Assembly: GCA_030324005.1 (NCBI GenBank) | Contig: JARDVH010000133.1 | Location: 23,209,825-23,273,824, forward strand | DNA from: Negaprion brevirostris | Lineage: Eukaryota | Reading direction: 5' to 3' | DNA: 64,000 bases | In this document: positions 24,689 through 35,220 of the stretch, one piece after another | Numbering within the stretch: position 1 is the stretch's first letter | Layout: each line of letters opens with the position of its first letter | Made by a program: the position numbers and the translations under genes | Notes under the pieces: generated by a model | What the model saw: the letters and a program-made list of their open reading frames with translations, nothing else | Told to the model about the DNA's origin: nothing | Database searches by the model: none

Positions 24689-25134
24689 CATAGAATCCCT
24701 ACAGTGCAGTACGAGGCCATTCAGCCCACTGAGTCTACACTGACTCTCTGACAGAGTGCTTTATCCACGCTCTCTCCCTCATCCTATCCCTATAACCCTG
24801 TGGCTAATCCATCTAACCCATGAATGTCGGGTCACTAAGGGGCCATTTAGCATGGCCAGCCCACCTAAATTGCACATTTTTGGACTGGAGGTTTACAGTG
24901 TGGAAACAGGCCCTTCGGCCCAACTTGTCCATGTCGTCCTTTTCTTTTAAACCCCTAAACTAGTCCCAAGTGCCTGCATTTGGTCCATACCCCTCTATAC
25001 TCATTTTACCCATGTAAGTTGTGGGAGGAAACCCACACAGACATGGGGAGAATGTGTAAACTCCACACAGACAGTTGAACCTGAGTTCTTGGTGCAGTGA
25101 ACCAACAGTGCTAACTACTTTGTCATCATGCTGG
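24689..25134 (-). mobile_element. HE1-type SINE with a nested CR1 3'-end insert (about 24887-25020)
   Basis: SINE consensus TTTGGACT|GTGGGAGGAAACC is split by about 134 bp similar to the CR1 end at 44378. Confidence 0.75.
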
Positions 25135-26132
25135 NNNNNNNNNNNNNNNNNNNNNNNNNNNNNNNNNNNNNNNNNNNNNNNNNNNNNNNNNNNNNNNNNN
25201 NNNNNNNNNNNNNNNNNNNNNNNNNNNNNNNNNNCAACAGTGCTAACTACTTTGTCATCATGCTGGTTTAAATTCAAATAGAAACTTTCTTTAGAATCAT
25301 TATTTCCAAAATTAGCAAACTGATTTCACTGAACTATAATTTTTTTAACAAGTTCCCAGATTTCCACAAATAGCATCATGTATGTCCCCACGATTCCAAG
25401 TTGAATGGAATGTCCACTGCAGAGATATTGACATCAAAAAGGAAACAAAGGAATTCCTTTCTCAATGGAATGAATGCAAAAAAAGTAAAAGGTCATCATC
25501 AGGTTAATGGGCAATAAAATTTGACCTTGACCAATTGTTACCTATAGCCACGCAAGACAGTTTTAAGGCTAATATATTTAAAGAGCTTAAAACAATTTAA
25601 CTTTGAATGCATATTTACTACCAGATCATTCTGTACTGTGTAAAACGAAGGTGAACACACTGGGGAGTTTCGAAAACGTTTGAAGAAAAGTGGCAGCAAA
25701 GATCTTATTGAAAAATTCTGGGTGGGATTACTCCCCCACCCCCACANNNNNNNNNNNNNNNNNNNNNNNNNNNNNNNNNNNNNNNNNNNNNNNNNNNNNN
25801 NNNNNNNNNNNNNNCCGGGGGGGGGGGGGGGGGGGGGGCATCTGTGGTAGGACCAGAAGATCCCATCAACAGGAAGGGTTAGAAAAATTTACCCTTTATC
25901 GTCACTCTTATAGATCCGTTACTGCCCAATTTCAGTGCAAACTGGTACACTGAAACAAAGCCAAATAACACCAGCATTTTCCAGAAATGTTTGCAAAGAA
26001 TCTGACTGCTCTGAAGATAAACTTTTTTTAAACAAAAGTTGACAAAATCAATTCCATACTATGGTATTCTCTGTCCAAACAATTGTGAACACTGAAGGAT
26101 AGCAAATACATATAGAAATCCTCACTTTGAAT

Positions 26133-26460
26133 GTAGAATCCCTACAGTGCAGAAGGAGGCCATTCAGCCCATTGCATCTGCAGTGATGCTCCGACAGAAC
26201 TTCCCACCCAGGCCCTATCCCCGTAATCTCACATATTTACCCAGCTAATTAATCCCTGTAACCTACACATCTTGGGACACTAAGGAGCAATTTATCATGA
26301 CCAATTCACCTAACCTGCACATCTCTGGACAGTGGAAGTAAACCCACACAGACACGGGGAGGAGGTGCAAACTTCACACAGACCATCACCCAAGGTTGGA
26401 ATTGAATCCAGGTCCCTGGAGCTGTGAGGCAGCTTTGCACTGTGCCATTGTGCCGCCCAC
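26133..26460 (-). mobile_element. HE1-type V-SINE, type A tail
   Basis: TAGAATCCCTACAGTGCAGAAGGAGGCCATTCAGCCC...GTGCCGCCC. Confidence 0.88.
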
Positions 26461-27016
26461 TTAAAGAAAGGGTAACGTTGTCGATCGGACACCAATGGTG
26501 GAGTTGAGGGAGTAGATAAAGCATGTCGGGGTATGAAGTAAACACAGTCATGGTACGGAGGCCATGCAGTTTGGAAAACAGAAATACAGTTTTGAAAGTG
26601 ACATGCTGGGTCATGAGAAACCAGGGAAACACAGGGGACTGGAGTCTTGACTCAATTTGCAGCAGTTGAGATGGACTGAAGATCGTGAGGGGTCAAGAGG
26701 GAGAAGTCAGCTAGATGAGCTTTAGAAAATGCACGTCTCAAGATAACTAAGCCATGGAGAAGGATTTTGACAGAAGAGTAAAAAAGAAAAGCTGCAGAAG
26801 CAGACATGGCCAATTAACAATCTACATTTATTATCAGTAATTTGCTTATTTCAAGCTATAATACACAAGACTGGACTGTGTAAACTACCATTTAAGGATG
26901 AAGTTATCTGCCAAAAGAAGCTTACAAGTCTAACATTGCTAGAACATTGTACGATAAAACACTGCGCATAAGTTAATGTATACAAGTTAATATCTTAAAT
27001 GCAACATATTTTTTAA

Positions 27017-27282
27017 AAAGTTTATTTATTAGTGTCACAAGTAGGCTTTGTGAAGTTAGTGAAAATCCCCTAGTTGCCACACTCCGGTGCCTGTTTGGGT
27101 ACACTGAGGGGGAATTTAGTGCGGCCAATGCATCTAATCAGCACGTCTTTTGGACTGTGGAACAAAACCACAGCACCCGGAGGAAACTTGCACAGATGGG
27201 GAGAACATGCCGCACAGAGTGACCCAAGCTGGGAATTGAACCCAAGGTCCCTGGTGCTGAGAGGCAGCAGTGCTAACCACCT
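27017..27282 (-). mobile_element. V-SINE, tail type B
   Basis: TTTATTAGTGTCACAAGTAGGC...GGCAGCAGTGCTAACCAC. Confidence 0.85.
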
Positions 27283-28327
27283 AGTTATGGGTTTAAAGTG
27301 TGCAAAATATCTGAAAAGTTAAGAGAAAATCCAGCACATAAATAATAAATCTGGCAATGGCTGAAGAGTTGACAGGCTATCATACTGTATGTGCACATCA
27401 AATTGATTTGGCCTTTTTAATAGCACCTGTCTGCCTTTTTTTTTAAATTTAAGTTAAAATTTACCTTTATTCAGTCTTTAGTTTCACCTTGTTCACTGAC
27501 CTGTCTGGAGATTTTTGTCAATGCCATTTGTTACAAAGATGTGCCATACAGAACAGAAATTCATCAGCTGGTCACACATATATAAAAAGACACTTTTGCT
27601 AAACAAAGGACACTGAAGTCACTGCTAATNNNNNNNNNNTTTGCACCTGCGAAGTTGCATTCCATTCCAGGGAGACATGAAGTCTACAACAGAGACAAGA
27701 GCACCCCTGGAGGTGTGAACAGCTCCTTCCTATCTCATCAAGGTAAAGGATGGATCATTAGGGAATGAATGCCTAGGACATTAAAAAATAATTAAGCAAC
27801 TAAAAGAGACAATGGCTAAAGATCAGCCCAGATGTGGGCAACCAGCTCCATTTGGAATTCACGACTGATTTATTTGAAAGGCTGACTAAACCATGTGACT
27901 GAACTCGTGCCTGTGACTGCAGCAGGATGGCTGTCTTTCTTATCCCCACCTCTCAACATTCCACCCCAGGTCTGAAACCTGTTTTGCTGAGAAAAATATG
28001 TCTACATCTCTACAGCAGAGACTTTCTACACAAGCGATTTAAGGAAAAAGGGGAATATACCAACCNNNNNNNNNNNNNNNNNNNNNNNNNNNNNNNNNNN
28101 NNNNNNNNNNNNNNNNNNNNNNNNNNNNNNNNNNNNNNNNNNNNNNNNNNNNNNNNNNNNNNNNNCCCTCCAGTCCTACCACCTTTCCATCGCTAACACC
28201 TGGCAAATTATTCACGTCCTCCTCCGTGAAGACCGAAACAAATACCTCAGTAAGAACCAAAATACTCAAACAATTGATTTATTTTACCTAATTGTGGTGT
28301 ACATTAATGACGTGGACTTAAATTGAA

Positions 28328-28730
28328 TTGGAATTCAGAAGAATGAGGGGAGATCTAATAGAAACATATAGGATTATGAAGGGAATAGATAAGATAGAAG
28401 CAGGAAAGTTGTTTCCACTGGTAGGTGAAACAAGAAGTAGGGGGCATAGCTTCAAAATGAGAGGAAGCAGGTTTAGGACTGAGTTGAGAAGGAACTCCTT
28501 CACACAAACAGTTGTGAATCTGTGCCCAGTGAAGCAGTTCAGGATACCTCATTGAATGTTTTTAAAGCAAGATAATTTTTTGAACAGTAAATGAATTAAG
28601 GGTTATGGTGAGCAGGCGGGTAAATGGAGCTGAGTCCACAAAAAGATCAGCCATGATCTTACTGAATAGTGGAACAGGATCGAGGGGTCAGATGGTCTAC
28701 TCCTGCTCCTAATTCTTATGTACTTATGTT
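28328..28730 (+). mobile_element. Relatively young CR1 3' end
   Basis: LEFRRMRGDLIETYRIMKGIDKIEAGKLFPLVGETRSRGHSFKMRG.RFRTELRRN.FTQ.VVNL. Confidence 0.9.
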
Positions 28731-29019
28731 AAATATGTAAAGAGGTGTGATCAAGAAGTTCATGGATGACACCAAAATTGGTAGGGTGGCAAGTGGTGAG
28801 GAGGCAGTAGTGTAGACTGCAGGAAGACATCAATGACTGGTCTGGGGGGTAGAGAAATGACAAATAGAATTAATTTGGAAAAATGTGAGCCGACAATGCA
28901 AAGGATTATCTGATGAATGTTAGGACCCTGAAAAGTACTGGAGGTTGGAAGGATCTGGCAGTGCATATCCCAACTCTCTGAAGGTGACAGGACAGGTAGT
29001 TTTTTAAAAAATATTTGTT

Positions 29020-29390
29020 CTTTTATTTATTCATTCATAGAACATAGGTCGTCGCTGGCTGGCCAGCATTTACTGCCCATCCCTAGTGCCCTTGGAGGGC
29101 AGTTGAGAGTCAACCACATTGCTGTGGCTCTGGAGCCACCGGTGGGCCAGGCCAGATAAGCAGGGCAGATTTCCTTCCCTCAAGGACATTAGCGACCCAG
29201 ATGGGTTTTTCTGACAATTGACAGTGGTTTCACGGTCATCAGTAGGTCTTAACTCCAGATTTTTTTTATTGAATTCAAATTCCACCATCTGCCAGGGTGG
29301 GATTTGAACCGGAGTCCCCAGAACTCTGGGATTAGCTGAGTTTCTGGATCAATAGTCTGGTGATAATACTATTAGGCCATTGCCTCCTCA
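29020..29390 (-). mobile_element. tRNA-derived SINE, probably Meta-domain type, with the tail of the 10440-11203 LINE
   Basis: B-box GGTTCAAATCCC; core AGGGAAGGAAATCTGCC...CTCCAGAGCCACAGCAATGTGGTTGACTCTCAACTGCCCTC; tail GGGCAGTAAATGCTGGCCAGCCAGCG. Confidence 0.7.
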
Positions 29391-29630
29391 TTTTATAGAT
29401 AAGGTGGTTAGGAAGGGGCACTTGTGTTTAATGGTCGAGGTATAGAATGCAAGAGCAGGGAGATCATACTGGAATGGTATAAAACGTTGGTTAGGCCACA
29501 ACTGGAGTGCTATGTGCAGTTGAGGTCACCACATTATAGGAAGGTTGTGTTTGTATTGGAGGGAGTGCAGAGGAGACCAGGATCCTATGCTGGAGGGTCT
29601 GAGCTATCTGGAGCAGCGGATTTGACAGGG

Positions 29631-29740
29631 AAATAAAACAGAAAATGCTGGAAAATCTTGGAAGGTCTGACAGCATCTAGATTTTCCAGCATTTTCTGTT
29701 TTCCCTTTAGATTCCAGCATCCGCAATACTTTGCCTTTAT
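29631..29740. mobile_element. Fold-back Penelope-like terminus (second family)
   Basis: Perfect 24-bp inverted repeat, 29635-29658 and 29679-29702; related to the 12758 insert. Confidence 0.65.
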
Positions 29741-30784
29741 ATTAAGGTAGAGGGGGACCTGATAGGGGTGTATAAGATTATGAAGGTCACAGATAGGGTG
29801 GATAGGAAGGCACTTTTTTTCCATTAGTGGAGGGGTTAAAAACCAGGGGGCATTGACTTAAGAGGTCAAAGGCTAAGAATGGAACTGAGAATTTCCTTCA
29901 CCCAGAGAATGGTGGGAGTATTGAACTCACTGCTTGAAAGGATGATCAAGTCAGAAACTCTTGTAACATTAAAGAAGTATTTAGATATTTATGTGCTGGA
30001 AAATGGGATTAGTGTAATCAAATCTTAGTGGTCGGGTTTGGACACAATGGGCCAAATGGCCTCCTTCTGTGCTACAAACATCTATGAATCTATGGGAAAA
30101 AAAGCTATTTCTTGGCTACATTTACACATCTGACAATGTCTGTAAAGATGTACTTTCACTCTGCATGCTTGGGGAATCTATCTGGATGGATTTTAGCAAC
30201 AGAAGAAATCCCTTACATGTTTAACACAAGAACCCGTCTGGCTTCATCCTTACAACTGCACACAGTCAAACTGGCAATACAGCATCCTTTTAAAATCCAA
30301 AACCTCTGCTATAATTGAATGTGGAGTGGTAAAAGAGGCAAGTCACTGCACCCTTTCCTTGCCTTGTCCTAATATGCTCCACAGCCATCTCTTACAAAGC
30401 AAACAGCAGCAAGTTTTTGGCCCCCCCGTCATTTTTGCTCCCAACGTACCCAGGAGATAGCTGCCTCATCCTATTCTTTTCTCCGTCAAAGACCAAGGGC
30501 GGGATTCTCTGGNNNNNNNNNNNNNNNNNNNNNNNNNNNNNNNNNNNNNNNNNNNNNNNNNNNNNNNNNNNNNNNNNNNNNNNNNNNNNNNNNNNNNNNN
30601 NNNNNNNNNNNNTTGCTATTCCCACACCATCAACATCCTAAAGGTTATCAGTAACTGGAACCTTAACTGGACCAATCACATCAATATGGTCGCTATACGC
30701 AGGTCCACAGATTGTTCAATTGGGACTAGGTGATGACAATGTCATTGAAGAGTGGAAGAAAGTGGTCATTGCCAGGCCCATTAA

Positions 30785-31030
30785 GCCTCCAGCCTTGGCT
30801 TAGCTGTATACTCGTATCTGATTGATAAGGTTGCGAGTTGACTTTCCACCCTAGAGATCTGACCATATAATCCCGGTCAACACCAATGCAATACTGAGAG
30901 GTTAATACAATGTCTTATGCATCATTCAGCAGAGAGATTCAACAGAGGCCCTATCTGCCCTCCCAGGTGCGCACTGTTCAAAAAAGAGCAGGGAGGTTCT
31001 CCCCAAGTTCTGGACAAAATAGAGCATTAA
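30785..31030 (+). mobile_element. Degenerate Deu-domain SINE
   Basis: AACAGAGGCCCTATCTGCCCTCCCAGGTG...AAGAGCAGGGAGGTTCTCCCC. Confidence 0.55.
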
Positions 31031-31340
31031 ACAATATCAAAATTGATTTTGCCTTTCAGTTTTCTAAATAACAGCTGGGATTTTCCACCTTTACACCCCT
31101 AAAGACCGGAAATTCCCACCAGAGGTCAAAGAATCTTTACATGATCCGCCAAATTTTATGTCCCAACCGCTACGATTCCTGCGACAGGAGGGAAACAGAA
31201 AATTTACTCCACTGTATTGGCAGAGCTGAAATTAGGAGGTTTGAATGCTCACTGAATGGGTACATTTGCAACAGTATTCAAAAAGCTTGATGCCAAAGAC
31301 AGAGCAAGCCCCTGATCTGTGCCTCGGCCACTGAATTCAA

Positions 31341-31462
31341 TATGTGGAGATGCCAGCATTGAACTGGGGTAAGAATTCTTGCATCTTTGTAGAAATTTGA
31401 TGTTTGTGTCGATATGCGTGATCTTCTTGGAGAACCTCTCCACTTGGAGCCGGCAGTTACTT
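31341..31462 (-). mobile_element. Penelope-like mini-element: ORF N-terminal piece fused to the 3' terminus
   Basis: NCRLQVERFSKKITHIDTNIKFLQRCK followed directly by TTACCCCAGTTCAATGCTGGCATCTCCACAT. Confidence 0.6.
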
Positions 31463-31619
31463 ACAGTACTGTAACTCTTACTGTACTGAACTCAATGTAC
31501 AGTCCTTAACCTCAGTTGCACCATTGCTGCAGTATGTTCAATTTAGATGCATGCTGGATATGGGGGTTTTTCAGATTTTGCGTCAGTAGGGGAAGCAACG
31601 CAGGATGTCTCCTGTGCAT

Positions 31620-31925
31620 GCTGGGACATAATCTCTTCCACCATCTTCCGTCAGGAAAAAGATACAAAAATCTGAGATCACATACCAATTGACTCAAGTT
31701 TCTTCCATGCTGCCATCAGACTTTTGAGTGGACCTAGCATACGTTAAGCTGATCTTTCGCAACACCGTAGCTAGGACTGTGACATTATATTCTGCATCCT
31801 TGGCCTTCCTTCTCCCTTATGTACTCTATGAATGGTATGNNNNNNNNNNNNNNNNNNNNAAGAACAATACTTTTCACTGTATCCCAACACATGTGACTAT
31901 AATAAATCAAATCAAAAACAAATCA
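31620..31925 (+). mobile_element. Rex1/Babar LINE 3' end
   Basis: GH.LFH.LPSGKRYK.LRS; (AATCA)n tail. Confidence 0.8.
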
Positions 31926-32034
31926 GATGGGCTTAATTAGTTGGACACATGATATCCACACTACTTGAAAGGAAGTGCAGTCCAGAGAGACATTTTGATT
32001 TGGGAGTGAGAGCTCAATTAGTTCAAAAGGCATG

Positions 32035-32410
32035 ATGTGGAAATGCTGAGGTGGGCACAGTCTCACAACACCAGGTTAAAGTCCAACAGGTTTATTTGGT
32101 AGCACAAGCTTTCAAAGCGCTGCTACTTCATCAGGCGAGTGAAGAGTTGGGTTCACAAACAGGGGACATATAGGCCCAGACTCAATTTACAAGATAATGG
32201 TTGGAATGTGAGTCTTAACAAGTAATGCAAGTGGAGAGAGGTTAAGCACAGGTTAAAGAGGTGTAAATTGTCTCAAGCCAGGACAGTTGGTGAGATTTTG
32301 CAAGCCTAGGCATGACATGGGGCTTACAGATGAACCCAAGATCCCAACTGAGGTCATCCTCGTGTGTGCAGAACTTGGCTATCAATTTCTGCTTGGCGAT
32401 TCTGCGTTTC
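32035..32410 (-). mobile_element. Penelope-like element: GIY-YIG endonuclease C-terminus plus pseudo-LTR
   Basis: Reverse complement reads RRIAKQKLIAKF.THED.L..DLGF, then a terminus with CTGATGA..GAAAGCTT. Confidence 0.8.
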
Positions 32411-33159
32411 TGCTACAACGCAGAATCAAGATATCTACAGGCATACATTCCAGTAGAGACTCGCAAGCTGGCTACAAGCTGCAGCCAATTATACTTCAAT
32501 GATCAGAACACAACTTTTTATGGCTTGTGAAAACGCACACCGTAAGAAAAGTAAAATAAAATGAAAAGGTTTGATAGTTAATAAAATACTAAATAGGTAA
32601 AGATTGTTACCTATGAACTTGTGCCAATTGTTTTCTAAATGAGCAATTCTTACAAAAATTCAATTACGTACATGCAAAACATACTATACATGTGAGATTA
32701 TAATGGTATTCAACTGACCAAATAGGGGTGTTCAATTTCTCAACAAACTATTCACCTTACTGTACATCAGATTGCTATTCAAAAGGTTGTGTTTCAATCC
32801 AGTTCTGGAACCTCATTTGTCACAAAGTTTAGTATAATATTGGTCCAGGCCGAACATGAAGCAGCACAGAATAGAATATCAGATCAAATCATTGATTGGC
32901 CAAACTGAGGATTCAATTCATAACAAGTCAACAGGAAATTGAAGTTTGGATATCTCCAGTTACATCTGTCAGATTCCAGGCTATTCACTCAAGGCTCCTC
33001 GGAACTTCCAAAGTGGTGGCAAATCTAATTCCATCTGCAGCATTTCTTCGAAGGCCGACATCCTTTATTTGCTTTCTTTCCTCTTTGGATAAAATGGCTT
33101 TTTTTTCCTCTTTTGAGGGACGCTCCCTTCATCCAACACGGACACAATTCAACAGTATG

Positions 33160-35220
33160 CTATCACAGTATCTTTACAGTCCAGGTCACTCAGCCCATCA
33201 AGTCTTTACTGACTCTCAAAGAACATTCTACCTAGTCCCACTACCCTGCCTTATCCCCATAACTTTGCTCATGCTTCCTTTTCAGATAGCAATCCAATTC
33301 CCTTTTGAAGGCCTCGATTGAAGCTGCCTCCACCATTCTCTCAGGAAGTTTGTTCCAGACTCCATCCACCCTAAGGTGAAAGCACTTTTCCTCACTTTCC
33401 TTTAGCCAATTATTTTGAATCTGTGACCTTTAGTTCTTGATGTTCTCTTCAATGGGAACAGTTTCTCATATTTACCGTGTCCACACCCCACTCAGGATCT
33501 TGAAAACCTCTATGAAGTCTCCTCTCAGCCTTCCCTTCTCCAAGGAAAACAGTCAAGTCTTTTCAACCTATCCTCACAGTTACAAGTCTTTATCCCTGGA
33601 ATCATTCTTGTGAAACCCCACTGTACATTCTCCAATGCTGAGTGCAGTACTCCTAATGATGCCTAACTGGTGTTTTGTACAAGTTCAACATGTTCACCTT
33701 ACTCATTGTCCCTATTAGCAAGGCCCAAGTTATTATACGCTTTATTTACTGCTATGTCAACTTGTCCTGCCATCTCTCATGACGTATGTACGTGTAGACC
33801 AAGGTCCTCTGTTGCTGTACCTTTTTGAGATCTTCCTTTTATTTTACATGTCTAGCCATATTCTTCAAAATGAATCACCTCACACTTCTGTACTAAACTG
33901 CATTTGCCACTTGTCTGCCCAAACCACTAGCATGGTCCTTTTGAAATTCAAAACATCTTTGCATCAGTTGCAAATTTTGAAATCATACTCTAAATGCCAC
34001 AGTTTAGGTCATTGATATATATCAGAAAGAGCAACGGTCCCAACATTCACCACTGGAGAACTCCACTATAAACCTTCCTCTAATTTCAATAACAACTATT
34101 TATCACTACTCTGTGTCCTGTCACTCAATCAATTTTTTTTTCTTTAAATTAACTATTTGTGGACATGGACGTTGCTGGCTGGCCAGCATTTACTGCCCAT
34201 CCCAAGTTGTCTGAGGGCAGATGAGAGTCAACCACATTGCTGTGGCTCTGGAGTCACATGTAGATCAGGCTGGGTAAGAACAGCAGATTTCTCTCCCTAA
34301 AGGACTTTAGTGAACCAGATAGTTTCATGGTCGTCAGTAGATTCTTAATTCCAGATTTTTTTTATTGAATTCAAAGTCCACGAACTGCTGTGGCAGAATT
34401 TGAGCCCAGGTCCCCAGAACATTAGCTGAGTTTCTGGAGTAATAGTCTAGCAATGATATCACCGCCCCGATGATCCAAGTGCCTACTTTCCCTTTTGTTC
34501 AATGAGCTAGAATTTTGCTCATAAGTGTGTAGTATGGTAAATACTTTTTGAAAATCCATATACGCTACATCAACAAATTGCCCTTATTAACCTTCTCTGC
34601 TACCTCAAAGAACTCCAGAAAGCTTGTTAAACATGACTGTCCCTTAATGACTGTCCTTTAATTCCTTAATTATTCTGCACTTAACTATTAATTGTATTCT
34701 GATCTATAATTTCCAGATGTTTCCCCACCACTAAGTCAAACTGACTGCTCTATAGTTGCTGACGTTATCCTTACACTCCTTTTTGTACAGGGGTGTATCA
34801 TTCACAATACTCTAGTCCCCAAGCATCACCAGTGCCTTGAAAATTTTCACTCTCGTTTCCCTCAGCATCTTTGGATGCATCTCATCCAGTCATGGTGCCT
34901 TATCAATTTTAAGATAGCCTTTTTAACACCTCCTCCTTTTCAACTGTAAATTCTTCTTGTATACCAGTTACCTCCTCTCTCATCTTGGCCTGGGTAGCAT
35001 TCTCTTCCTTTGTAAAGACAGATGCAAAGTACGCATTTAATACTTCTGCTATTTCTCCTTCCTCCGCATGCAAGTCCTCTTTTTCATCCCTACTCTTTCT
35101 TTTGTCCCTTATCTTATTTATATGCTTATAGAAGAACTCGGCATTCCCTTTTATGTTAGCTGCCGGTCTCTCTTTTCAATATTTTTTACTTTCCCACTCT
35201 GGTCCTTCTATGACAAATCT
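33160..35220 (-). mobile_element. Old CR1 LINE with a nested SINE (34135-34470)
   Basis: Antisense RT remnants (VDVAYMDF.K; LNAYFASVFTKE). Confidence 0.75.
34135..34470 (-). mobile_element. Second copy of the probable Meta-domain SINE
   Basis: Colinear with 29020-29390, with an internal deletion. Confidence 0.7.

Larger units (their letters stand above)
28740..30095 (+). mobile_element. CR1 LINE 3' third with nested SINE and hairpin inserts
   Basis: KF.DDTK.G and YKTLVRPQLE..VQ..SPHYRK; tail GGGCCAAATGGCCTCCTTCTGTGC. Confidence 0.8.

Noticed and set aside
25103-25266. Exact 32-bp repeat flanking 100 Ns
   Set aside because: Same assembly-overlap artefact
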